Below, piece after piece: positions 9,731 to 19,037 of a DNA stretch of 64,000 nucleotides (position 1 is its first letter; each line of letters begins with the position of its first letter). The notes beneath the pieces are model-generated. The model searched no databases and was not told where the DNA came from. It saw nothing but the letters and a program-made list of their open reading frames with translations. Source of the DNA: an uncultured bacterium (GTDB lineage: Bacteria; Fermentibacterota; Fermentibacteria; Fermentibacterales; JCC-6). The stretch covers positions 70,572-134,571 of the forward strand of contig CAZUXA010000004.1 in NCBI GenBank assembly GCA_964624405.1, in the 5' to 3' direction. A program made the translations under genes and the position numbers.

Positions 9731-9801
9731 TGTGTTCCCGTTACGAAAGCGGTAACAGCTATTTACTTATAGATACAAATGTTAAAAACCAGGAGTACTC
9801 A

Positions 9802-11850
9802 ATGAAAACCTACACACCCGACAAGCTTCGCACCATAGCCGTATGCGGCCACGGTTCCGTGGGAAAGACAAGCCTTTGCGACGCGCTTGTTTTTCGCTCG
9901 GGAGGCGCGGAAAGACAGGGCTCCGTTGACGACGGCACAAGCCTTTTCGATTACACCTCTGAAAGCCGTGACAAAAAGCACAGTCTTACATCAACCCTGG
10001 GAATCTGCGAGTGGAAAGACACCAAAATCAACCTTATAGACACTCCGGGCCTTACCGACTTCCATGGCGATACCATCGCCGCCATCAGCGCATCCGACGG
10101 CGCCCTGCTGGTAATGGACTGCACCGACGGCGTGGAAGTTGGAACATTCAAAACATGGAAGTACACCGAGGATATGGAAACACCCTGCATTCTCTGGGTG
10201 AACAGGGTGGACAAAGACAACGCCGACTTCGAACGGGTGCTGGGCCAGGCCCGGGAAATGCTTTCCAAGGCTGTTATCCCCTTTGTTTTCCCTGTTATGG
10301 AGGGTGATGCCTGTCGCGGGCTTTACAGCCTTATCGACGGAAAGGCGTTCGACCTCGCGGGGAAACCTATTCCTGTTCCGGCTTCGGTGGCGGAAAAGGC
10401 GGAAGAGTATATGGCCGCCCTGGTGGAACAGGCTGCGGAGGCCGATGAGGAACTGATGGAGCAGTACTTCACCAACGATACCCTCACACCTGAAGAGTTG
10501 TCCCGGGGCATCAGCATCTCCGTAAAGAACCGTGGGCTCTTCCCGCTGTTCGCCGGCGTTTCCAGCCCCGCGGTCGGCCAGGATCTGCTTCTTGATGGAA
10601 TTTTGAGTTGTGTTCCCCCGGCGGTGGAATCCAGGGGAGTGCAAACCATCTCCGGGGATACGGTTCCGCCTGATCCCAAGGGGCCCTTCGTCGCCCGGGC
10701 CTTCAGCACCAAGCTTGACCGCCATGTGGGGGAAATGGTCTACATCCGTGTGGTCAGCGGCAGGGCGGAGGGTTCCAGGGAAGTTCACAACATGGAGAAA
10801 AACTCCGGAGAACGGCTGGGCAACTACTACTACATGCACGGACCGAACCGAATCGACGCCTCAGCCATGATCTGCGGCGACATCATCGCGGTGGCGAAAC
10901 TTAAAGGCACCTTCACAAACGACACCCTCGCGGAGAAGAACGCGGGAGTAACACTGGCGCCCATTGTTTTCCCAAGCCCCGTTTATCGTGCTGCAATCGC
11001 GCCGAAAAAGCGCGGTGAGGAAGACAAGATGGGAGTCGGCCTGAACAAGCTGGCCACCATGGACCCCACCTTCATGGCAAGGATGGAACCGGACATCAAT
11101 CAGACAACAGTGAGCGGCATGGGCGAACTTCACCTGAATACCATGCTTAACCGTCTGAAGGATCTCACCGGCGTAGAGGCCGAGATTTTCAAACCCCGGA
11201 TTGCCTATCATGAAACCATCTCCAAAAGCGCCCAGGGAAGCTACAAACACAAGAAGCAGTCGGGAGGCAGGGGGCAGTACGGCCATGTCTTCCTGCGCCT
11301 CGACCCCCTGCCCAGGGGAACGGGATTCCAGTTCGCAAGTGAGGTTGTGGGGGGTACGGTTCCCACCAAGTTCATTCCCGCCGTGGAAAAAGGTGTACTC
11401 GAAACCCTTCACAAGGGCCCTGTCTCCGGAAGCCGGGTTGTTGATGTGAAGGCAGTGGTCTACGACGGCAGCTCACACTCGGTTGATTCATCGGACATGG
11501 CCTTCAAGCTTGCCTCAAGCAAGTGTTTCCAGGATGTTATGATGCAGGCGGGGCCAACTCTGCTCGAGCCCATCATGGCCCTCGAGGTCACTGTTCCTGA
11601 AGAGTTCATGGGTGATGTAATGGGCGACCTCAACTCAAGACGGGGCAAGATTCAGGGCATGGAGGGCCAGGGCGCTTTCCAGGTCATCAAAGCGCTGGTC
11701 CCGGAAGCCGAGTTGTACCAGTACACAAGCACTCTCCGCTCCCTCACACAGGCCCGGGGAAGCTTTTCACAGGACTTCAGCCACTATGAACCCGTTCCAA
11801 GGGAAGTGCAGGACCGTATTCAGGCTGAGTACAAGGCGGATGAATCGTGA
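9802..11850 (+). CDS. fusA: elongation factor G paralog (EF-G2-like)
   Basis: GHGSVGKT, DTPG, GMGELHL, KKQSGGRGQYG, HSVDSS, LLEPIM; start after AGGAG RBS; ORF-track N-terminal extension rejected. Confidence 0.9.
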   Translation: MKTYTPDKLRTIAVCGHGSVGKTSLCDALVFRSGGAERQGSVDDGTSLFDYTSESRDKKHSLTSTLGICEWKDTKINLIDTPGLTDFHGDTIAAISASDGALLVMDCTDGVEVGTFKTWKYTEDMETPCILWVNRVDKDNADFERVLGQAREMLSKAVIPFVFPVMEGDACRGLYSLIDGKAFDLAGKPIPVPASVAEKAEEYMAALVEQAAEADEELMEQYFTNDTLTPEELSRGISISVKNRGLFPLFAGVSSPAVGQDLLLDGILSCVPPAVESRGVQTISGDTVPPDPKGPFVARAFSTKLDRHVGEMVYIRVVSGRAEGSREVHNMEKNSGERLGNYYYMHGPNRIDASAMICGDIIAVAKLKGTFTNDTLAEKNAGVTLAPIVFPSPVYRAAIAPKKRGEEDKMGVGLNKLATMDPTFMARMEPDINQTTVSGMGELHLNTMLNRLKDLTGVEAEIFKPRIAYHETISKSAQGSYKHKKQSGGRGQYGHVFLRLDPLPRGTGFQFASEVVGGTVPTKFIPAVEKGVLETLHKGPVSGSRVVDVKAVVYDGSSHSVDSSDMAFKLASSKCFQDVMMQAGPTLLEPIMALEVTVPEEFMGDVMGDLNSRRGKIQGMEGQGAFQVIKALVPEAELYQYTSTLRSLTQARGSFSQDFSHYEPVPREVQDRIQAEYKADES

Positions 11851-12440
11851 AAAACGGTTTTGCCGCCGTCCTGATACTGCTGACTGCCCTTGGTTCGTAC
11901 GGGTCTCCCGCCGGCTCCGGAGGGGGAGGCTCTTCCAGTTCAGACGATTCCAACCTCGAGGGGTGGTTCGCCCTGGGCGCCGCGGCCCTTGTGGCCGGAA
12001 TTCTGATCTGGGATGTGATACGTGATTCCCGGGCTGAAACCGCGGATGACACCATTGCCGCGCTGGAAGGAACCGGGGTGGACTGGACGGCCCTGTCAAC
12101 ACACACCGATGAAGCAGCGGTTCTTGGGATCTCCGTCTTTCCCGGAACCGACGGGCTTCATCTGGCCCGGTACTTCCAGAAACTCCTGCTTCCCCTGGAA
12201 GATCGAGGCTTCGTCTTCGGCGGCGAACCGTTGAACCTGGGCTCGATTTCACTTACGGAGCAGGCGGCCATGGCCGAGGATTTTCTGGGAATCAACTGGT
12301 TCATTGCTTCTGATGAAGGCTCCTTGTACCTCTTCACCGGCGGCGCTGAACCAGTCTGGGAAAGAACCCTCTCTTCATGGGATTCCCTTTCGGTTCGAAA
12401 CGCGGCTGCCGACTTTCTGGGAGCGGTTCCCTCACTGTAG
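11847..12440 (+). CDS. hypothetical exported/membrane protein
   Basis: Signal peptide, Gly/Ser linker, TM helix; GTGA overlap with EF-G stop. Confidence 0.65.
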   Translation: MKNGFAAVLILLTALGSYGSPAGSGGGGSSSSDDSNLEGWFALGAAALVAGILIWDVIRDSRAETADDTIAALEGTGVDWTALSTHTDEAAVLGISVFPGTDGLHLARYFQKLLLPLEDRGFVFGGEPLNLGSISLTEQAAMAEDFLGINWFIASDEGSLYLFTGGAEPVWERTLSSWDSLSVRNAAADFLGAVPSL

Positions 12441-12547
12441 TGAGTTCGTCCGGTTCTGGAACTCCCGCTTCTGCTTGGGGGTAAGAACAACATAGGTGAT
12501 AATCAAGTTTCTTGAACCTTTATCTGAAACGGAAGGATAGTATCATT

Positions 12548-14911
12548 ATGAAGTTGTTCCTGATCCTTTTACTTCTCGCCGGGTTTGCTTATTCCGGTGA
12601 ATTGACGGTTACCGTACCCTTCGACGGGTCATCGGTTACAATGAGGGATTACGCCGGTTACACGGTGCTGTACTCACCGGAAACCTATCCCATCGCTACT
12701 CCCGGTGTCCCGGCCCTGCCGGTGCTTCCGTTGCAGGTGGCCCTTCCCCCGGAAAGCCGTGCGGTTTCCGTTACGGTGGTGGATGCCGCCTACATCCCGG
12801 TACGGGGACGCTTCGACATTCTTCCAGCAACCGAGCAGGTACCACTGAGCCTGATGGACATAACAGACATTCCCCTGCCCAGTCCCGATCCCGGCATCTA
12901 CAACTCTTCCGAGACCTTCCCCCAGGTCACCGCTGTGTTTGAAAGCTCCGGTTCGCTCCTGGGCTTCCCGGTGGCCCGGATTTCGGTCTACCCGGTACGC
13001 TGGAATCCCGCCAGCGGACAGCTTGAAACCCTTGACAGCGTCACCCTTACGGTGGAGTACGCTCCCGACCCCTCCGCCAGAACCGTTCAGGTAAGAAGCG
13101 TGGGCAGCGAGCAGCGCAGCGGTGACCTGGTCCGCAACCTCGTGATCAATCCGGAAGGGGTGTTTTCCAGCGGTGCCGTCATGGTTGAAAGCCGCGATCT
13201 CACCTTTGGCGAGTATGTGATCATCACCCATCCGGACTATGTGTCCCAGGCGGGCACACTGGCGGAGTGGAAGACCAGGAAGGGCGTTCCCGCCACGGTG
13301 GTTACAACCACATGGGTGAACTCCAACTACTCCGGCGTCGATCTTCAGCAGAGAATCCGCCGCTTCCTCCACGACGCCATGGACAACGGTGTGGACTACG
13401 CCCTGATCTTCGGTGACGACGACAAGGTTGCCGCCCGAAGGATCCGAATATCCTATTCATCCTACTCCGAAAACGCACCGGGAGACTACTACTGGGCCGA
13501 CCTGAACGACAACGCCTACGGCGGCGTCGACCAGTGGGACTCGAACGGCAACGGAATCTGGGGCCAGTACAACATAGACAATGTCAGCTACTACCCGGCG
13601 ATGCTCACCGGCCGCGCCAGCGTGAACTCCGTCACCGAAGCCAACACCTTCGTAAACAAGGTTCTTCTGTACGAGCAGGTCGACAGCCCCACCACCGGAC
13701 CAGTCGAGCTCCGGATAGGTTACAGCACCGAGCAATTGTGGCCCGGCTGCTGGGGAAGCGTAGGCGCCGAGATAATCGCCAACAACTATGTTCCGTCTGG
13801 ATGGAGCCACGACAAGAGGTACCAGTCACAGGGCACAAACAGCTGGGCCGCCACAAACGCCATGTTCAACGGCCTTCAGCACCACATCTATGTTGCCGCC
13901 CACGGAAGCCAGACCAGTTTCAGCGTTCCCGGAGGCAGCTACAGCAACAGTAATTTATTGAATCTGAACAATATAAGCTCGGGTGGCCTTCCCGCGATCT
14001 GGAACAGCATAAGCTGTCTGATCGGCCATCTCGACAGTTACGAGTGCATGCTTGACGCCTGGACCGCCAACCCCAACGGGGGCGGTTTCGGAGCCGCAAA
14101 CGCCCGCTACGGCTGGGGAAGCCCCTCCAGCCCCGGCAACGGAGCCAGTGAGGTTCTCTGCCAGAGGATCTACCAGGCCCACTTCGTGAATGGCCAGAAT
14201 ACGCTGGGGGCCATGCACTTCATGGGCCGCTACACCCTCTGCCCCCCTACTAGCTCCGTAATGCACTGGTGCATAATGAACTACAACCTCTTCGGCTGCC
14301 CCGAACTTCCGCTGTGGACGGTTTCTCCAGCCCAGCTCGATGTTGCGTTCCCCTTAAGCTACAGCGGCGGCAGCTTCACTGTAGTGGTGACCGCAGACGG
14401 TTCGCCTGTCAGCGGCGCGAGGGTTACCCTCTACAAGGGAGACAGCTTCCAGGACGCCGATGTCTACCTGGTGGCCACCACCAATTCATCGGGGGAGGTG
14501 GTTTTCCACCCTGAACCTTCAACCATCGGTGAAATGAGGGTTACAGCTTGGAAATACAATCACATCGCCGCACTCGGCAGCACCACCGTAACCGGCACTT
14601 CCACCGAAGGCCGCGCTGAAGGGATTGTCTCGGTCGTAACCGGTGTCGGCAGCCCGCATCCCAGCCCGGCGGTTTCCATGGCGTCAATTCCTCTCAGCCT
14701 CGATGCCGCTTCCCAGGTATCCCTTCAGGTCTACGACCTCAGCGGACGCCTGGTAACCACCCTGCTTCAGGGTGACATGCCCGCCGGTGTCCATAACATA
14801 GCCTGGGACCTCACCACTGCCTCCGGCGTCCCGGTTCCCAACGGCTCCTACCGTATAAGAGCCACAGCCGGCGATTACATCGGAACCACAAGTCTGATGG
14901 TCCTGCGATAG
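12548..14911 (+). CDS. C25 (gingipain-like) cysteine peptidase with propeptide and T9SS/FlgD-like CTD, paralog 1
   Basis: Signal peptide, G-x-PALP propeptide, WKTRKG, DYYWADL, GRA, AHGS (His) and SISC (Cys) dyad, YNLFGCPEL, VYDLSGRLV tail. Confidence 0.9.
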   Translation: MKLFLILLLLAGFAYSGELTVTVPFDGSSVTMRDYAGYTVLYSPETYPIATPGVPALPVLPLQVALPPESRAVSVTVVDAAYIPVRGRFDILPATEQVPLSLMDITDIPLPSPDPGIYNSSETFPQVTAVFESSGSLLGFPVARISVYPVRWNPASGQLETLDSVTLTVEYAPDPSARTVQVRSVGSEQRSGDLVRNLVINPEGVFSSGAVMVESRDLTFGEYVIITHPDYVSQAGTLAEWKTRKGVPATVVTTTWVNSNYSGVDLQQRIRRFLHDAMDNGVDYALIFGDDDKVAARRIRISYSSYSENAPGDYYWADLNDNAYGGVDQWDSNGNGIWGQYNIDNVSYYPAMLTGRASVNSVTEANTFVNKVLLYEQVDSPTTGPVELRIGYSTEQLWPGCWGSVGAEIIANNYVPSGWSHDKRYQSQGTNSWAATNAMFNGLQHHIYVAAHGSQTSFSVPGGSYSNSNLLNLNNISSGGLPAIWNSISCLIGHLDSYECMLDAWTANPNGGGFGAANARYGWGSPSSPGNGASEVLCQRIYQAHFVNGQNTLGAMHFMGRYTLCPPTSSVMHWCIMNYNLFGCPELPLWTVSPAQLDVAFPLSYSGGSFTVVVTADGSPVSGARVTLYKGDSFQDADVYLVATTNSSGEVVFHPEPSTIGEMRVTAWKYNHIAALGSTTVTGTSTEGRAEGIVSVVTGVGSPHPSPAVSMASIPLSLDAASQVSLQVYDLSGRLVTTLLQGDMPAGVHNIAWDLTTASGVPVPNGSYRIRATAGDYIGTTSLMVLR

Positions 14912-15073
14912 AATTGGGGGACACCATACTAAATTATGTTGAAAACAACACTCCAATTCTTGAATAATGTTCAACCCTGTTTTCACACATTAATAGAGTT
15001 GAGCTACTGTATCAACATTATTTAAGAATTTTGGCTGCCGAGTAAACATAATTTAGTATGGTGTCCCCCAATT
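14912..15073. mobile_element. 162-bp AT-rich MITE/REPIN-like nested inverted-repeat element
   Basis: Perfect 29-bp terminal IR AATTGGGGGACACCATACTAAATTATGTT (14912-14940 / 15045-15073) plus inner 17-bp IR (14955-14971 / 15014-15030, one mismatch) about the same centre. Confidence 0.7.
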
Positions 15074-15083
15074 GGAGGTGCTT

Positions 15084-17438
15084 GTGTTGCTGCTGCTGTT
15101 ATCGGCCATGGCTTACTGCGGAGAGCTGACCGTTAGCGTACCGTTCGACGGATCATCGGTTTCCATGAACTCCTACGCCGGCTATACATCGCTTTACTCA
15201 CCGGAAACCCACCCCATGAACCGCCCTGGCGCTCCTGCCCTGCCGGTGCTCCCGGTGCAGGTGGCCCTTCCCCCGGAAAGCCGGGCGGTTTCCATCACGG
15301 TGTTGGATGCCGTTTACAGCCCGCTGCCCGGGCGATTCAATATTCTTCCCGCCACGGAGCCGGTTCCCCTGAGTCTGATGGATGTCACCGACATTCCCCT
15401 TCCCGGTCCCGACCCCGGTATCTACAACTCCTCCGAGACCTTTCCCGGGGCTGTCGCCAGGCTGGAGTCTTCCGGTTCCCTTCTTGGTTTTCCCGTGGCC
15501 CGGGTTTCGGTGTACCCGGTGCGCTGGAACCCCGCCAGCGGTCAGATCGAAACTCTGAACAGCGCCACACTGAGGGTTGAATACATTTCCGACCCCTCAG
15601 CGAGAACCGTTCAGGTAAGAAGCGCCGGCAGTGAACAGCGCAGCGGCGACCTGGTCCGCAATCTCGTGATAAACCCTGAAGGGGTGTTTGCCAGCGGCGC
15701 CACAATAGTGGAAAGCCGTGACCTCGCCTACGGCGAGTATGTGGTGGTAACCCACCCCACCTACCAGTCGGCCGCCGTCACTCTGGCGAACTGGAAGACC
15801 CGCAAGGGCATTCCCGCCACGGTGGTCACAACCACCTGGGTTCAAACCAACTATCCGGGAATCGACCTTCCACAGAAAATCCGGAGCTTTCTTCACGATG
15901 CGAGGAACAACGGGGTGGACTACGCCCTGATCTTCGGCGACGATAACAGGATTGCGGGACGGAATGTGAAGATTACCGGCGGTGGAAGCACCGAGTTTCC
16001 CCCGGTAGACTACTACTGGGCCGACTTGAACGACACCGGCGTTGGAGGAGTCGACCAATGGGATTCCAACGGAAACGGCGTGTGGGGGGAATACAACATC
16101 GACAATGTCAGCTACTATCCCTCCATTTTCACCGGCAGGGCCAGCGTGAACACCAGTGACGAGGCAGCCACATTCGTCAACAAGGTGCTCCTCTACGAAC
16201 AGGTTTCACTTTACGACCGCTTCACCACATCCCCCAGGGAAATGCGGATCGGCTACAGCACCGAACAGCTGTGGCCGGGTTGCTACGGAAGTGTGGGGGC
16301 GGAGATAATCGCCGGATATGTTCCTTCGGGATGGCACCACGACAAGCGCTACGAATCCCAGGGCACCAACAGCTGGTCCGCCACAAACGCCATGTTCAAC
16401 AACCAGAGGCACCACATCTATGTTGCCGCTCACGGCAGCCCGACCAGCTTCAGTGTTCCCGGAGGCAGCTACACCAACAGCGACATACTGAACCTCACCA
16501 ACATCAGCTCAGGAGGCCTTCCCGCGATCTGGAACAGCATCAGTTGTCTTATCGGCCATCTCGACAGCTACGAATGCATGCTGGACGCCTGGACCGCCAA
16601 CCCCAACGGGGGCGGCTTCGGAGCGGCCAACGCCCGTTACGGCTGGGGCACCCCCAGCAGCCCCGGCAACGGCCCCAGCGAAATCCTTTGCCAGAAAATC
16701 TATCATTCGCATTTTCTGGGTGGTCAGAACACTTTGGGAGCCATGCACTTCATGGGTCGCTTCACCCTTTGCCCCCCCTCGGGAGCGTATGGCGAGTACG
16801 ACCATTGGTGCATCATGAACTACAACCTTTTCGGTTGCCCGGAGCTTCCACTCTGGACGGTTTCTCCAGCGCAGCTCACCGCCACGCACCCCTCCGCCTA
16901 CAGCGGGGGAAGCTTCACGGTCACTGTAACCGCGGGCGGATCTCCGGTGAGCGGGGCCAGAGTCACCCTCTACAAGGGTTCAGGTTTCCGGGACGCCGAT
17001 GTCTACATGGTGGGCACCACCAACTCCTCGGGGCATGCTGTATTCAGCCCCGATCCATCCGAGTCCGGTGAAATGCTGGTCACCGCCTGGAAGTACAACC
17101 ATCTCAGTTACCTGGGCAGCGCTGCGGTGACCGGAACCGGTATGGATGAAACACCGGAGTTCGTGAACAGCATGGGAATCCCGCGTCCCAGCCCCGCGGC
17201 CCACACAGCGGCCATTCCCCTGACTCTGGAAACCGCTTCCCGGGTCAGCATCGATGTTTACGACATCAGCGGCCGCCTGGTTACCGCCCTGATCAGAGAT
17301 GAACTGCCCGCCGGAGCCCACAGCATCTCTTGGGATCTTACCACGGCATCGGGGACTCCTGTTCCCAATGGTGTCTACCGGATCAGGCTGACCACCGACG
17401 GCTTTTCCGCCGTTTCGGGGCTCATGGTGCTTCGCTGA
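15084..17438 (+). CDS. C25 (gingipain-like) cysteine peptidase, paralog 2
   Basis: Collinear with paralog 1; AHGS and SISC dyad; VYDISGRLV...NGVY tail; GTG start after GGAGG. Confidence 0.9.
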   Translation: MLLLLLSAMAYCGELTVSVPFDGSSVSMNSYAGYTSLYSPETHPMNRPGAPALPVLPVQVALPPESRAVSITVLDAVYSPLPGRFNILPATEPVPLSLMDVTDIPLPGPDPGIYNSSETFPGAVARLESSGSLLGFPVARVSVYPVRWNPASGQIETLNSATLRVEYISDPSARTVQVRSAGSEQRSGDLVRNLVINPEGVFASGATIVESRDLAYGEYVVVTHPTYQSAAVTLANWKTRKGIPATVVTTTWVQTNYPGIDLPQKIRSFLHDARNNGVDYALIFGDDNRIAGRNVKITGGGSTEFPPVDYYWADLNDTGVGGVDQWDSNGNGVWGEYNIDNVSYYPSIFTGRASVNTSDEAATFVNKVLLYEQVSLYDRFTTSPREMRIGYSTEQLWPGCYGSVGAEIIAGYVPSGWHHDKRYESQGTNSWSATNAMFNNQRHHIYVAAHGSPTSFSVPGGSYTNSDILNLTNISSGGLPAIWNSISCLIGHLDSYECMLDAWTANPNGGGFGAANARYGWGTPSSPGNGPSEILCQKIYHSHFLGGQNTLGAMHFMGRFTLCPPSGAYGEYDHWCIMNYNLFGCPELPLWTVSPAQLTATHPSAYSGGSFTVTVTAGGSPVSGARVTLYKGSGFRDADVYMVGTTNSSGHAVFSPDPSESGEMLVTAWKYNHLSYLGSAAVTGTGMDETPEFVNSMGIPRPSPAAHTAAIPLTLETASRVSIDVYDISGRLVTALIRDELPAGAHSISWDLTTASGTPVPNGVYRIRLTTDGFSAVSGLMVLR

Positions 17439-17452
17439 CGCTCCGAGTGGGC

Positions 17453-18982
17453 CTACACCCAGTAGTCCCGCTCCAGCGCCCTGAACTGAACCGCCTCGGC
17501 CACATGCGCCGAGGATACCCGGTCTTCTCCGGAGAGGTCGGCTATGGTTCGGGATACCCTGAGAGCCCTGTAGTACGCCCGGGCGGAGAACCCGAACCTG
17601 GCGGCGGCGGCATCCAGCAGTTTCCTGCCCGAGGAGTCCACGGCACAGTGTTTCCGAAGCAGGGATGGGGGCATGCACGCGTTGCAGAACACATCCTTCA
17701 GGTTTCTGTACCTTTCTTCCTGGATGCTTCGGGCTGCTGCCACTCTGGCCCTGATGGGAGCGGAGGGTTCGCCGGGTTCAGCATCGGGGCCCAACTGCCC
17801 GCGGGAAAGGGGGGCCACTTCGAGATGAATATCTATCCTGTCAAGCAGCGGGCCGGAGATTTTCCCCAGGTAGCGCTGAACCTGGGATGCTCCGCAGTTG
17901 CATGCCTTGCCGGGATGGGTGAGATAGCCGCAGGGGCATGGATTCATTGCGGCAACAAGCATGAACCTGGCCGGAAAGTCGGTGGAGGTTACCGCCCGGG
18001 AAACCGTTACCCTGCACGATTCCATGGGCTGGCGCATGGCTTCCAGGGCGTTCCTGTTGAATTCCGGGAGTTCATCGAGAAAAAGGACGCCGTTATGGGC
18101 GAGGCTTACTTCGCCGGGCCGGGGGTGTGTGCCCCCGCCGATAAGCCCCGGAGTGGACACAGTGTGGTGCGGGGCGCGGAATGGCCGTTCCCTGACCAGT
18201 GCCACCCCTTCCGGAAGCAGGCCCGCCACGCTGTGAATTTTTGTGGTTTCGATGGCCTCGATTCTGGAAAGCGGAGGCAGAATGGATGGAAGCCTTTGTG
18301 CCAGCATGGTTTTCCCGGCCCCGGGAGGGCCTATCATCAGCATGTTGTGCCCGCCTGCCGCCGCTATCTCCAGTGCCCTTCTGGGTTGATGCTGACCATG
18401 TACCTCGGCAAAATCAACGCTGTAAACCGGGGCTTCGGGCACCGGAAGCGAACTGGGCTCGGGAAACAGGCCTTCCGCACCCTGAAGCCAGTTCGCCACC
18501 TCCTGAAGTGAACCCGCCGGTATGACCGGGGCTGGGGATGATATGGCTGCTTCCTGCGCGTTCTCGGCGGGAACAAAAACCCCCTCGAGGCCGGGTGGAA
18601 GGCCGGAAGCCATTGGAAGCATTCCCCGCACCGGGCGGATTCGGCCGTCGAGGGCCAGTTCTCCGGCAAAGGCGAATTTTTCCACTCTGGATGCGGGAAT
18701 GAACCCACCCGCTGCCAGAAGGCCAACCGCGATGGGAAGGTCGAATGCGGGGCCTTCCTTTTTGCGCCCCGCCGGGGCCAGGTTGACGGTGAGTTTCTTT
18801 GGGGGAATCGCATAACCCGAGTTGACAATTGCTGCCTGAACCCGCTCTCGACTTTCGCGGACTGAGTTGTCGGGAAGACCCACCATTATGAAAGAGGGAA
18901 GGCCCCGGCTCATGTCAACTTCCACATCGACGGGGAAAGCCTCGATTCCCACCAGGCCCACGGCCCGGGCCACTGCCAGCAT
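17453..18982 (-). CDS. comM: YifB/ComM Mg-chelatase-like AAA+ ATPase
   Basis: VGLPD..VRESRER, NLAPA, GPPGAGKT, RPFRAPHH, LFLDE, NPCPCG, SGPLLDRID. Confidence 0.92.
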   Translation of the reverse strand: MLAVARAVGLVGIEAFPVDVEVDMSRGLPSFIMVGLPDNSVRESRERVQAAIVNSGYAIPPKKLTVNLAPAGRKKEGPAFDLPIAVGLLAAGGFIPASRVEKFAFAGELALDGRIRPVRGMLPMASGLPPGLEGVFVPAENAQEAAISSPAPVIPAGSLQEVANWLQGAEGLFPEPSSLPVPEAPVYSVDFAEVHGQHQPRRALEIAAAGGHNMLMIGPPGAGKTMLAQRLPSILPPLSRIEAIETTKIHSVAGLLPEGVALVRERPFRAPHHTVSTPGLIGGGTHPRPGEVSLAHNGVLFLDELPEFNRNALEAMRQPMESCRVTVSRAVTSTDFPARFMLVAAMNPCPCGYLTHPGKACNCGASQVQRYLGKISGPLLDRIDIHLEVAPLSRGQLGPDAEPGEPSAPIRARVAAARSIQEERYRNLKDVFCNACMPPSLLRKHCAVDSSGRKLLDAAAARFGFSARAYYRALRVSRTIADLSGEDRVSSAHVAEAVQFRALERDYWV

Positions 18983-19037
18983 GAAAACCCCCTTTCCCGT
19001 AAGTACGGCTATCGGGCCCGGGGTTTCAAGACAAGCG

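Noticed and set aside
9160-9801. 214-aa N-terminal extension on EF-G in the ORF track
   Set aside because: Overlaps two opposite-strand genes; an RBS and promoter support ATG 9802
14912-15073. CRISPR array interpretation of the 29-bp repeat
   Set aside because: Copies are inverted, only two are local, there are no regular spacers and no cas genes
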